From contig JACKFR010000003.1 of the NCBI GenBank assembly GCA_020632375.1, positions 1,546-65,545 on the forward strand: DNA of 64,000 nt, given 5' to 3'. Of the stretch, positions 19,284-29,163 are shown one piece after another. Made by a program: the position numbers and the translations under genes. The notes beneath the pieces are model-generated. The model did no database searches and had not been told where the DNA came from. It saw only the letters and a program-made list of their open reading frames with translations. This stretch comes from Candidatus Nomurabacteria bacterium. Lineage in GTDB: Bacteria; Patescibacteriota; Dojkabacteria; SC72; JAHDCA01. Every line of letters begins with the position of its first letter. Position 1 is the first letter of the stretch.

Positions 19284-19595
19284 CTACTTGATCTCAAAAC
19301 CTACTCCAGCGGGCATCTGGAGATGTTGTAAAGCTTCTATTGTCTTTGGAGTAGGGTCGATAATATCAATAAGGCGCAAATGGGTTTCAACTTTAAAGTG
19401 CTCCATAGAACTTTTGTATACATGCGGAGACCTGTTTACAGCAAAAACCTTTTTTCTTTTTCTTAGCGGGATTGGGCCAGAAACTCTAGCACCAGTACTT
19501 ATTGCAGCTTCAATTATGCTTTTCGCCGACTTATCAACTACAACAGCATCATATCCTCGAAGCTTTACTCTGATTTTTGCGCTATCCTTTGACAT
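19284..19595 (-). CDS. rpsJ: 30S ribosomal protein S10
   Basis: MSKDSAKIRVKLRGYD... The ATG at 19595 is preferred over the TTG at 19607. Confidence 0.9.
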   Translation of the reverse strand: MSKDSAKIRVKLRGYDAVVVDKSAKSIIEAAISTGARVSGPIPLRKRKKVFAVNRSPHVYKSSMEHFKVETHLRLIDIIDPTPKTIEALQHLQMPAGVGFEIK

Positions 19596-19658
19596 TATAA
19601 AGAGCAATATAACTTTAAATTATATGTTGGGGCGATTTCTCGCCCCAACATATATCGC

Positions 19659-20846
19659 TTACGCAACAATTTCGGTAACAACTCCATGACCAACTGTGCT
19701 ACCACCTTCTCTAATCGCAAATTTCATTCCTTTTTCAATTACAACTGGTGCAATTAGGGCAATATTGAGTTCGACGTTATCTCCTGGCATAACCATTTCA
19801 ACACCGTCTGGGAGTTTAACCTCACCAGTAACATCAGCCGTTCTTATATAGAACTGTGGTTTATAACCAGATACAAAAGCAGTCTTACGTCCTCCTTCAT
19901 CTGCACTTAATACGTAGACTTCAGCCTTAAATTCTGTATGAGTAGTAACTGACCCTGGCTCAGCTAAGATTTGCCCCCTTTCTACATCAGTTCTCTTCAA
20001 ACCTCTCAATAGAATTCCAGCGTTATCACCAGCTTCACCTTGATCCATAGATTTATTGAACATTTCAACACCAGTTACTGCAGTCTTCTGAACTTTTCGA
20101 CCCATGCCGAGAATCTCAACATCTGAACCAACTTTAATGGTACCTCTCTCAATTCGGCCTGTTACAACAGTACCACGACCTTCAATTGAGAACACATCTT
20201 CGATTGGCATCAAGAATGGCTGATCGATAGGTCTATCTGGAACTGGGATTGTCTCATCAACAACATCCATAAGCTTCTTAGCTTCTGCCAAACCAGATTC
20301 TTCGCCATTCTCTCCTGCTAAAGCATCAACTTCGACAATTGGCGCATTCTTATCATATCCATATTTTTCGAGAAGATCTTGAATATCGGCTTTAATGAGT
20401 TCTAAGATTTCTGCGTCAACCTGCCCAAACTTATTAATACATACAACAATGTGCTGCACACCAACTTGTTTTGCAAGAAGCAAATGCTCTTTTGTTTGAG
20501 GCATAGCACCATCTTTAGAAGAAACAACTAAGATTGCACCGTCCATTTGAGCTGCACCAGTAATCATGTTCTTGATGTAATCTTTATGACCTGGACAGTC
20601 AACAATTGCATAGTGTCTCTTTGCTGTACTGATCTCAACATGAGCAACAGAAATTGTAATACTCTTTGCTCTTGAGATTGGATCTTTATCAAGCTTATCA
20701 ATCATTGCATCAACCGCAGCCTTATCTACTGCAAATGCACGAAGAATTGCTCTTAGAAGAGTTGTTTTACCGTGGTCAACATGACCAAGTGTCCCGATGT
20801 TGACGTGAGGCAACGCTCTCACATATTTTTTGCTATCGTCTGCCAT
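19659..20846 (-). CDS. tuf: elongation factor Tu
   Basis: [18 protein letters not shown] and NKFGQVD G-motifs; full-length at 395 aa. Confidence 0.97.
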   Translation of the reverse strand: MADDSKKYVRALPHVNIGTLGHVDHGKTTLLRAILRAFAVDKAAVDAMIDKLDKDPISRAKSITISVAHVEISTAKRHYAIVDCPGHKDYIKNMITGAAQMDGAILVVSSKDGAMPQTKEHLLLAKQVGVQHIVVCINKFGQVDAEILELIKADIQDLLEKYGYDKNAPIVEVDALAGENGEESGLAEAKKLMDVVDETIPVPDRPIDQPFLMPIEDVFSIEGRGTVVTGRIERGTIKVGSDVEILGMGRKVQKTAVTGVEMFNKSMDQGEAGDNAGILLRGLKRTDVERGQILAEPGSVTTHTEFKAEVYVLSADEGGRKTAFVSGYKPQFYIRTADVTGEVKLPDGVEMVMPGDNVELNIALIAPVVIEKGMKFAIREGGSTVGHGVVTEIVA

Positions 20847-20874
20847 TTCTTAAGAGGTATAAATTTATCTATTT

Positions 20875-20930
20875 TTGTTATGTGTTTATACCAGATTTGG
20901 CGAAATCAAGCCAGGATAAACACATAACAA
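20875..20930. repeat. perfect 15-bp inverted repeat (TTGTTATGTGTTTAT / ATAAACACATAACAA) with 26-nt loop in the fusA-tuf spacer
   Basis: Arms read directly at 20875..20889 and 20916..20930. Lies in the 223-nt spacer, ending 29 nt upstream of the tuf ATG on the mRNA strand. Confidence 0.7.
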
Positions 20931-21069
20931 GGTAATGACGTGATGGATATTATCAGAAAAGCCTTCCGGTGGCAAGCGTTTTTAGCTTTGAATTTAGCCT
21001 TTTAAAGGCAGAAACAGGAAGGCAATATGTGTACTCAAATCGATTCTGGTTTTTGAACCTATTTTTGAT

Positions 21070-23163
21070 CTATTCGCTTCCAGCTATTTGCTCGGCAATA
21101 TTCTTAGGGACTTCTGCATAATGTGACATTTCCATAGTCGAGACACCTCGTCCACTGGTTATTGATCTGAGCTCTGTTGTATAGCCGAAAAGCTCTGCAA
21201 GAGGAACGTTCGCAGAGATAATGTGTAGGTTATTTTTAGTCTCTGTGCCTATAATCATGCCTCGCTTGCTATTTAAAGATCCGGTTATATCTCCAACATA
21301 CTGCTCAGGGACAGATACTTCGACACTCATCACTGGTTCTAAAAGCACAGGTTTAGCATTTCTCATACCCTCTTTAAATGCCATAGATCCAGCGACTTTG
21401 AAAGCTGCTTCTGAAGAGTCAACTTCATGGTATGAGCCATCGTAAACAGAAACTTTTACATCGACTACTGGATATCCAGCTACAACACCTGCTTTCATAG
21501 CCTCTTCAACCCCTTTCTGAATTGCAGGGATAAATTCTCTAGGGATTGAACCTCCTTTAATTTCATTTACAAACTCAAATCCGCTTCCAGACTCACCAGG
21601 CTCTAACCTTAACCAGCAATGACCATATTGACCTTTACCACCTGATTGTTTGATATATTTTCCTTCTTGTTCTCTCAATTCTTTAATTGTTTCTCGATAA
21701 GCAACTTGAGGCCTACCGACATTAACCTCAACACTAAACTCTCTTTTCATCCGGTCAACGATAACCTCAAGGTGAAGTTCACCCATTCCGGAGATGATTG
21801 TCTGGCCGGTTTCATGGTTAGAAGAAATTGTAAGAGTAGGATCCTCCTTTGAGAGCTTATTAAGAGCGATTGACATTTTTTCTTCATCAGACTTTGTTTT
21901 AGGCTCAATTGCTTGAGAAACAACTGGCTCAGCGAACTGAATTTGCTCAAGAATAACTTGATTAGACTCATCGCAAAGTGTATCACCAGTTCGGGGATCT
22001 TTTAGGCCTATTATTGCGCCGATATCACCTGCAGTAAGGGCTTTTACCTCTTCTCTTTCCTCTGCGTGCATTAAAACCAGTCGTCCAATTCTCTCTTTTT
22101 CACCTTTTGTAGAGTTATAAACATAAGAACCTGCGTCAACCCGACCTGAATAAATTCTGAAATATGCGAGATTCCCGACATGAGGATCGTTAACAATCTT
22201 AAAGACTAAACCTGAAAATGGATCGCTTTCATCTGGTTTTCGTTCGACTTCTCCTTCAGTCTTTGGGTTAATTCCTAAAACCGGAGGCAAATCAATAGGC
22301 GAAGCCAGGTATGCGATAATCGCATCTAATAATAATCGAGATGTAGATGTTCTTGAATCACCACCCATTACTGGGAAGATCGCTCTCGAGATAGTGCCTT
22401 TTCGGAGAGCTCCAATAAGCTCATCAACAGAAATATCCTCACCTGACAGATACTTCTCCATTAGAGTATCGTCTTGCTCAACAAGCTTCTCAACAAGAAT
22501 ACGTCTGTATTCGTCTGCTTTTTCTTTAAGATCTGCGGGTATCTCCTCAACATCAGAGACATCTTGGTCAACACTTTTATAAGTATAAGCTTTCATATCA
22601 AGAAGATTTATGATTCCTCTCAAAGCCTGTTCACGTCCAATCGGCAAAGTGATTGCTACTGCATTGGGAGTTAACCGTTCTTTTATTGAATTCATGGACA
22701 TTTCGAAATCACCACCGAGAAGGTTTAACTTATTGACAAAGCACATACGTGGAACACCATATTTATCTGCCTGCCTCCAAACAGTCTCACTCTGTGGCTC
22801 GACACCCATTTTACCGTCAAAAATAACAACAGCACTGTCCAAAACACGGAGAGATCTCTCTACCTCAGCTGTAAAATCGACATGGCCCGGTGTATCGATT
22901 ATATTGATCCGGTAATCTTCATCTTTATATTTCCAAAAACATGTTACAGCCGCAGATACAATAGTAATTCCTCTTTCCTTTTCTTGTTCCATATAGTCAG
23001 TAACAGTCTCTCCATCATGCACTTCACCAACTTTATGAATCTGGCCTGAATGATAAAGGAGCCTTTCTGTGGTAGTAGTCTTACCTGCATCTATGTGAGC
23101 AATAATACCTATATTACGGATTTTATGGAGTGGAAACTTAACATCATAAGAAATTCGAGCCAT
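21070..23163 (-). CDS. fusA: elongation factor G
   Basis: [24 protein letters not shown] and [10 protein letters not shown]; 697 aa. Confidence 0.97.
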   Translation of the reverse strand: MARISYDVKFPLHKIRNIGIIAHIDAGKTTTTERLLYHSGQIHKVGEVHDGETVTDYMEQEKERGITIVSAAVTCFWKYKDEDYRINIIDTPGHVDFTAEVERSLRVLDSAVVIFDGKMGVEPQSETVWRQADKYGVPRMCFVNKLNLLGGDFEMSMNSIKERLTPNAVAITLPIGREQALRGIINLLDMKAYTYKSVDQDVSDVEEIPADLKEKADEYRRILVEKLVEQDDTLMEKYLSGEDISVDELIGALRKGTISRAIFPVMGGDSRTSTSRLLLDAIIAYLASPIDLPPVLGINPKTEGEVERKPDESDPFSGLVFKIVNDPHVGNLAYFRIYSGRVDAGSYVYNSTKGEKERIGRLVLMHAEEREEVKALTAGDIGAIIGLKDPRTGDTLCDESNQVILEQIQFAEPVVSQAIEPKTKSDEEKMSIALNKLSKEDPTLTISSNHETGQTIISGMGELHLEVIVDRMKREFSVEVNVGRPQVAYRETIKELREQEGKYIKQSGGKGQYGHCWLRLEPGESGSGFEFVNEIKGGSIPREFIPAIQKGVEEAMKAGVVAGYPVVDVKVSVYDGSYHEVDSSEAAFKVAGSMAFKEGMRNAKPVLLEPVMSVEVSVPEQYVGDITGSLNSKRGMIIGTETKNNLHIISANVPLAELFGYTTELRSITSGRGVSTMEMSHYAEVPKNIAEQIAGSE

Positions 23164-23239
23164 GTTTTGTGAATCTAATTTAAAGTCGGATGGATTTTAT
23201 ACTCCCTGCAGAAAGATTGCAAGTAAAAGGATTCTTTTA

Positions 23240-24619
23240 TTATTCAGCGATCAAATCAAGCTGCCTCTTTGCTTCTGATGATACAGAACCATTTATATCG
23301 TACTCAATGCTCGATTCAAGTGCAGCTTTTGCTGCTTCATAATCCCCATTCTCAAGTAAAGACTCTCCTTTTAAAAGATATCCGTACGGCGAGAATTCAT
23401 CTCGCTCAAAAAGTTTCGTTTCGTAGATATGAGCTTTTCCTAAATTACTTTTGGATAGGTAGAAATCGCCTGCTTGATATAAAAATTTGTCATAATAGTC
23501 CCAGCCATCGGTAAGGGATTTTTCAATTTTATTCAGGTATTTTAGAGTATTTTCTTCCGAGCCATTTCCAAGATATAGCAAGAAATACTGATAGTCTGAA
23601 TCTATTGAATCTGTGGCAAAAACGCTCATTATATCTAGCCCTGTGTTATAGCGCGACTCAGATGACAGTGTTTCTATATATTCATATAAAATCTGAGCCC
23701 TGTCAGATGAATTAGAAAAAGACAATGCCCGACCATAATAGTCATCACTGTTAGTTGTTTCTCCTTTTTCATTATAGATACGAGCTAAATAAAGGTATAC
23801 GCCAGAATCAATTGCATTCAAGCTATCGGCTTTCTCAAGATATTTAAGTGCGTTTTCAGTATCGTCAATCTCCCAATATGCTCGACCGAGATAATAGTTC
23901 CCTTCCCAATAATTATTCATCTCTTTTTCTCTCGCAGACAAGAGTGCGACCACTAGATTAGGATAGCCATCATTAAGAAGGCTCTGAGATTCTTTTGCCA
24001 CATCGAAAAGTTTCGTTTTAGTTGTGATTCTAGAATATGAAGCCCATACTTTTGATGGATCACTCTCTGAGTCTGGATACCTATCAAAAACTTCTTTGGC
24101 TTTGTCCAAATCTCCAGTGTGCATGTATATATCTGCCAGGACGATCTCGTCATCTTCTGTCATTGCCGAATCAGATATCCCTTCGTAATTTTCAAGTGCT
24201 TTATCCCACTCTCGATTTGCGTAGTAGTATTGGCCTATTTGTTTATAAAGAGAGTTTAAATCTTCTTCTGATAGATGATACTGAGCAACAGTGATGTAAT
24301 CTCCGAGTTTATCTGGGAGGTTTTTATCCAGCAGAATAGTGATAATTCCCTGGTATGGCTTGATCTCTGAGGGCTTAATTTTTGCAGCTTCGTAGTAGTT
24401 TTCAAGAGCATCTGCGTATTCCTTTTTTGCCAAGTAGTCATCAGCAAGTGAAACCGATTTTTCATATACATTTGTGTCGGTTTCGCGCTTATGGATCACT
24501 GCCCATAAGGTAACTCCACCTATTATAAATACAACTATTCCGAGAATAAGTAATCTGGGTGTTTTTTTACTCAAGGCTGGCTTTTTTGCTCCAACTCCTT
24601 TTCCTATCGAATCATCCAT
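23240..24619 (-). CDS. membrane-anchored TPR-repeat protein
   Basis: N-terminal TM LLILGIVVFIIGGVTLWAVI, followed by repeated A..Y..A...P/Y helical-pair patterns (e.g. YADALENYYEAAKIKP, WDKALENYEG, NALKYLEKADSLNA). Confidence 0.65.
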   Translation of the reverse strand: MDDSIGKGVGAKKPALSKKTPRLLILGIVVFIIGGVTLWAVIHKRETDTNVYEKSVSLADDYLAKKEYADALENYYEAAKIKPSEIKPYQGIITILLDKNLPDKLGDYITVAQYHLSEEDLNSLYKQIGQYYYANREWDKALENYEGISDSAMTEDDEIVLADIYMHTGDLDKAKEVFDRYPDSESDPSKVWASYSRITTKTKLFDVAKESQSLLNDGYPNLVVALLSAREKEMNNYWEGNYYLGRAYWEIDDTENALKYLEKADSLNAIDSGVYLYLARIYNEKGETTNSDDYYGRALSFSNSSDRAQILYEYIETLSSESRYNTGLDIMSVFATDSIDSDYQYFLLYLGNGSEENTLKYLNKIEKSLTDGWDYYDKFLYQAGDFYLSKSNLGKAHIYETKLFERDEFSPYGYLLKGESLLENGDYEAAKAALESSIEYDINGSVSSEAKRQLDLIAE

Positions 24620-24855
24620 AGAAAGATTAATATATAAGCATATTTACTACATAATAGACTCAGACATGACGTACTGTCAAATATATGCTATCATGCTGGC
24701 GTTATACTTAATACTGCCTATATATAGAGGAAAAGGTATCATAGTGAAGTGTAGCTACAGGTTTCAAGTCGACTCTTAGGAACCTGTACAGAGGCAAGTA
24801 TCTTTATATTGGTTCTTAAGACAAAGCCTCCAAAATAAATTTTATACTCAATTTA

Positions 24856-25824
24856 ATGAGTAGACTGCTCTCTAGAAGCCTATTTACGAGAGCGACAAAA
24901 GTTTTCGTAATAGCAGCAGTTTTTTCCTTCTTGTTTAGCGTATTATTCAGAGCATTAAATAGCTCTTATGCTGTGTATGCATCTAATACAACTATAAAAA
25001 GTAACCTTATACTTTCAAATTTTATTAATCCCTACGAGTATAGGCGAACATCAATAGATACAAGCCAAGAACTACCAGCAGCTCAGTTAGTATCTGTTAT
25101 TACAAAAAACTCTTCTCAAACAGTATTTACACAGTACGGCAATGTGGCGGAAGTTCTCAATAGTCTCAAAATTAAATATTCAGATGAAGACATTGTAATA
25201 CCCGCTCTTGACGAAGAAATTGCTCATACGGGGAAAATAAGAGTTGTGTATGTTGATCGAAAGATGGATGAGGAAAGCAGCATGATCTCTTTTGACACAA
25301 AGGTTGTCGAAGACCCAAACCTCGAGTTAGGAAAAGAAAAGGTAGTTCAGCAAGGTGTACTTGGTGCATTCACTTCTCGTTATGAACTGACTTATAAAGA
25401 TGGCGAGCTTGTCGATAGAAAGCTTGTTGATAGTTTTGTAAGCGAACAGCCACAGTCGAAGATAATTGCAAAAGGGACAAAGATTATTAGAAAGAGGGTA
25501 ACACTTCCTGATGGGAGTCAATTTACCTATTGTGAAACAAAAAGTGTGAAGGTCACGGCATATGACCCGAGTTGCACTGGATGCAGTAATAGAACCGCAC
25601 TTGGCTACGAGCTCAAGAGAGGTGTCATAGCTGTAGACCCAAATGTTATACCTTTCCATACCGAAATGTATGTCCCTGGATACGGTGTAGGGGTAGCCTT
25701 AGATACTGGAGGTGTTATAAAAGGTGACTTTATTGATGTCGGGTACGCTTCTGCTCAAGAAAGAGGTCAAAACTGGGCAGGGACAAGACTTAATCACACA
25801 ATCTATCTTGCCTGCCCATCGTAA
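24856..25824 (+). CDS. cell-wall-associated DUF348-G5-3D domain protein (YabE/Rpf-like)
   Basis: N-terminal TM. The G5-like block is EDPNLELGKEKVVQQGVLGAFTSRYELTYKDGELVDRKLV...IIAKGTK. The C-terminal 3D-like block is VTAYDPSCTGCSNRTALGYELKRGVIAVDPNVIPFHTEMYVPGYGVGVALDTGGVIKG. Confidence 0.75.
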   Translation: MSRLLSRSLFTRATKVFVIAAVFSFLFSVLFRALNSSYAVYASNTTIKSNLILSNFINPYEYRRTSIDTSQELPAAQLVSVITKNSSQTVFTQYGNVAEVLNSLKIKYSDEDIVIPALDEEIAHTGKIRVVYVDRKMDEESSMISFDTKVVEDPNLELGKEKVVQQGVLGAFTSRYELTYKDGELVDRKLVDSFVSEQPQSKIIAKGTKIIRKRVTLPDGSQFTYCETKSVKVTAYDPSCTGCSNRTALGYELKRGVIAVDPNVIPFHTEMYVPGYGVGVALDTGGVIKGDFIDVGYASAQERGQNWAGTRLNHTIYLACPS

Positions 25825-25833
25825 AAAGCTTTG

Positions 25834-27843
25834 CTAAATATTCCAGCTGTAATAATCGCAGATTTCTTGTGGGATTTCACCTAGAAAACGTGATGGTATT
25901 TGATCAGAATAGCCCCCGATAGAACTCCGACTCTCAGTAAATGTAAGCCAGATTCTTTCTTTAGCTCTCGTGATTCCGACATAACAAAGTCGTCGTTCTT
26001 CTTCTAGTTCGGCGGGTTCGGTAAAAGATCTAGAGTGCGGCATTATTCCTTCTTCCATCCCGATCATAAAAACGCCTGGAAACTCGAGGCCTTTTGAAGA
26101 GTGAAGGGTCATAAGTGTTACGGCACCTTCATTGATGTCTTTTTTATTCCTCTCTTGCTCAGACTCAATTAGAGCTATATCCTGAAGGAAATTGTTAAGA
26201 GACTTTTCTGAATCTTTTTCAGCATATGATGCGGCAACATTACGGAGCTCTTGTACATTTTCTTTTTTCATTTCTGCGGCATCAGACCCATCGTCAATGA
26301 ATTCGATATATTTAATCTTTTGTAACAGAACATCAATCAGTTCCAAAACATTAAGTGCTTGAGACTGAACATATAGAGAACCAAAAAGTTCTACAAGGGC
26401 TCTAAATCGATTTATTTTTTCTAAATTATGTTCTACCTTTGTGACTTTCTCGGAATCGAAAACAAAATCTTCGATTGAAAGAGATTCATCAAGTAGAATA
26501 TGTGAAATAACAAGTACTTCTGCAACCGTACAACCGCATTCTTTAGAAAGCTTTACTAGTTCCGCAACCGATTTGGGCCCCATTTTGCGATTAGGCACGT
26601 TAATAATTCTATATAGACTAACATCGTCTCTGAGATTATTTAAAATTCTTAAATAGCTAAGCAAGTCTTTTACCTCTTTTCGGTCATAGAATCTAAAACC
26701 GCCTACAAGTTTATACGGAATACCCCGTTTCAACAGGGCTTCTTCAATTACACGTGACTGATAATTTGTACGATATAAAACTGCAAAATCGCTCAGACTC
26801 CAACCATCATTCCTAAGCGAGAGCATTTCATCAACAACATACTGAGCCTCATCTTTTTCGTCTCTTGCTTGATAAATTAAAACCGGTTCACCTTGCTCTC
26901 TGGAAGTCCAAAGAATTTTGTCGACCCGCTCGTTATTTCTCTTTATAACTGCGGTTGCAGCACTTATGACATTCTTGACTGAACGGTAATTCTGCTCCAA
27001 TTTTACAGTAGTTACATCATCGAAGTCTTTTTCGAAAGAAATAATATTTCGAATATCCGCACCTCTCCATTTATAAATGCTTTGATCATCATCACCAACT
27101 ACGCATATATTTTGGTGCTTTTGGGCAAGCATTTTTATCAGATTGTACTGAACTTTATTTGTATCCTGGTACTCATCAACCAAGATATGCTTAAACCTAT
27201 CCTGATACTTAGACAAAGCAGTATTACTTTCATCGAAGATTTTTACGACTTTGTATAATAGGTCTGAAAAATCTACCGCATTCAACTCTCCTAGCTGTGA
27301 CTGATACTCAGGGTATATTCGTGCGACAATGTCTTCAACATAGCCCGTGTTGTAAAGACTGTAGTCTTTAGGGCTTATCATATCGTTTTTTGCGCTGCCG
27401 ATCAGAGAGTAAATCATCTTAGGCTGAAACTGCTTTATATCAATATCTGCAGCGAGCATAAGTTCTTTAACCAGACTCACAGAGTCATCAGTATCATATA
27501 TACTGAAATTAGGATCGAGACCTGTCAACCGACCTTCTGATCTTAGAATAAGAGCGCAGATTGAATGGAATGTCCCGATTAAAGGCCGGGTAGAAAATTG
27601 CAATTTTAGTTCGTTAAATACTGCTTCAATCCGTTGCTGCATTTCTTCTGAAGCCTTTTTAGTAAATGTAACCGCTAAAATATCTGTAGGATCGACATTG
27701 TGCTTTGCGATGAGGTTTGCGATTCGATATGTAATCACACGGGTTTTCCCAGATCCTGCCCCAGCAAAGACAAGCAAAGGACCCAATGTGTGTTCTACAG
27801 CTTTCTTCTGTTCTGGATTAAGATTATCAAATAGGCTAGGCAT
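25834..27843 (-). CDS. uvrD: ATP-dependent DNA helicase, UvrD/PcrA family
   Basis: Walker A GAGSGKTRV, VDEYQDTN, VGDDDQSIYKWRGA, LEQNYRS, TLHSSKGLEF and YVGITRAKERI. Confidence 0.92.
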   Translation of the reverse strand: MPSLFDNLNPEQKKAVEHTLGPLLVFAGAGSGKTRVITYRIANLIAKHNVDPTDILAVTFTKKASEEMQQRIEAVFNELKLQFSTRPLIGTFHSICALILRSEGRLTGLDPNFSIYDTDDSVSLVKELMLAADIDIKQFQPKMIYSLIGSAKNDMISPKDYSLYNTGYVEDIVARIYPEYQSQLGELNAVDFSDLLYKVVKIFDESNTALSKYQDRFKHILVDEYQDTNKVQYNLIKMLAQKHQNICVVGDDDQSIYKWRGADIRNIISFEKDFDDVTTVKLEQNYRSVKNVISAATAVIKRNNERVDKILWTSREQGEPVLIYQARDEKDEAQYVVDEMLSLRNDGWSLSDFAVLYRTNYQSRVIEEALLKRGIPYKLVGGFRFYDRKEVKDLLSYLRILNNLRDDVSLYRIINVPNRKMGPKSVAELVKLSKECGCTVAEVLVISHILLDESLSIEDFVFDSEKVTKVEHNLEKINRFRALVELFGSLYVQSQALNVLELIDVLLQKIKYIEFIDDGSDAAEMKKENVQELRNVAASYAEKDSEKSLNNFLQDIALIESEQERNKKDINEGAVTLMTLHSSKGLEFPGVFMIGMEEGIMPHSRSFTEPAELEEERRLCYVGITRAKERIWLTFTESRSSIGGYSDQIPSRFLGEIPQEICDYYSWNI

Positions 27844-27913
27844 TTTTATATACTAAATGGAATCAAACGAGTCTAACCTATCGACCACTATGCTTCAAGC
27901 GATTTAACAAAAA

Positions 27914-29098
27914 TCACAACTCTTTAACATATTTTCCAAAGATCCAACCCTCTTTTGTATCGCTATATTTAATTTTATACCAACCATCTTTCTGTGCGGT
28001 TGTAATATAAATTTCACCAGAGGCAACTTCAGAAACCTGTTTCGTATTGTACCCTGGCTCACTACGAACATTTAAAGCACCAGTCTCAGTATCCAGGATT
28101 TTAACTAATTTCAAGTCTCCTTGCTCTATCTCAAACCCAACCGAGAATTGTGTATTAGAAAGCTCTTTTTTGCCTAAACGAGAGAAAATAAATGATTGAG
28201 TGTATTTCCCAGGGAGAAGAAGCGCTTGTAAATCAAATGTAATTGGAGTGCTTTCACCGGGAAGTATAGTCTTGCCTTCAATATGCAAAGGTGTATCAAA
28301 GCTATCCCATACCCCATTGACTGCAAATGAGCTATCCTTGCCGTTTTTTGTTTTCAGATAAATAAAATCATTAAAGGTGAACCAAGGGGTATCGCCCTCA
28401 TTCTTTATATTTAACTTTACATTTATTTTGTCGCCTACTTTTGCAGTTTTGTCATATTCGATCGAGTCTACCGAAGCCTTATAATCTAAGTGGTCTGTAT
28501 CTGAATACGAAATTGCACTAAGCAATGGGGTCATCTGAGTCTGTAGAACAGAGCCAGCTTTGCTATAAACCAGTTTTGAAGGTGCAGAATCTCCAGCGGA
28601 GGAGATTTCAAGGTCTACTACTTCTATAGAATCCCTGTTAATACCATACTTATACGACAGTGTCTGAACGAGCCCCAGCAAGCTTTGTTTCGATGGCAGA
28701 GGAAGGTCAGAGCCATTTGACAGATAACCAACCAAAACAACCCCTTCTGTTTCTGCTAACTCGGGGACTACGCCTTCCCAACCATCACGGCCCTGATAAA
28801 TATTTCCTTCTCGATCAATTACATAATTATAAGGAATATCATGAAACCCCAAACGAGTTATTGAGTAGTAGTAGAGCAGATCCATCCAGCTTGATGGATC
28901 TGAATCAATATCGGTTGCATCAGAACGAATTTGCGTAATCAAAATCTTTTCAGGAAAAGCATAAAGCTGTTGAGATTGGTCTGAAAGAGTTTGATCTAAG
29001 TTCTGTGCATCTCTAGAAAGTACAGTATATGCATAAGCAGGCAAAAACGACACTAAAACCAATATTGCAGTTGTTAGGAAGGTAAGAAATTTTTTCAA
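27914..29098 (-). CDS. secreted amidase_2/PGRP-like (apparently non-catalytic) protein with C-terminal SH3b domain
   Basis: Signal peptide ends PAYA. GFHDIPYNYVIDREGNIYQGRDGW is amidase_2-like. The positions expected for Zn-binding His residues read TQIRSD and VVDL. The C-terminal GALNVRSEPG...DGWYKIKY...EGWIFGKYV is SH3b-like. Confidence 0.6.
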   Translation of the reverse strand: MKKFLTFLTTAILVLVSFLPAYAYTVLSRDAQNLDQTLSDQSQQLYAFPEKILITQIRSDATDIDSDPSSWMDLLYYYSITRLGFHDIPYNYVIDREGNIYQGRDGWEGVVPELAETEGVVLVGYLSNGSDLPLPSKQSLLGLVQTLSYKYGINRDSIEVVDLEISSAGDSAPSKLVYSKAGSVLQTQMTPLLSAISYSDTDHLDYKASVDSIEYDKTAKVGDKINVKLNIKNEGDTPWFTFNDFIYLKTKNGKDSSFAVNGVWDSFDTPLHIEGKTILPGESTPITFDLQALLLPGKYTQSFIFSRLGKKELSNTQFSVGFEIEQGDLKLVKILDTETGALNVRSEPGYNTKQVSEVASGEIYITTAQKDGWYKIKYSDTKEGWIFGKYVKEL

Positions 29099-29163
29099 TC
29101 TATCAAATCTGTTCTAATAATATTAATCAAGTCTACCATTGTTTCGTATAGTTTCAAGCTGCT

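Noticed and set aside
20847-21069. tRNA gene(s) in the fusA-tuf spacer, as seen upstream of tufB in some bacteria
   Set aside because: No cloverleaf could be drawn, and there is no GTTCGAATC-type T-loop or acceptor/CCA pairing on either strand.
24620-24855. Possible c-di-AMP (ydaO-type) riboswitch upstream of the G5/3D cell-wall gene, given the 8-bp stem TACAGGTT...AACCTGTA at about 24761..24793
   Set aside because: I could not find the conserved purine-rich core motifs or the pseudo-twofold arrangement. There is only a single short hairpin, so a riboswitch call is unsupported.
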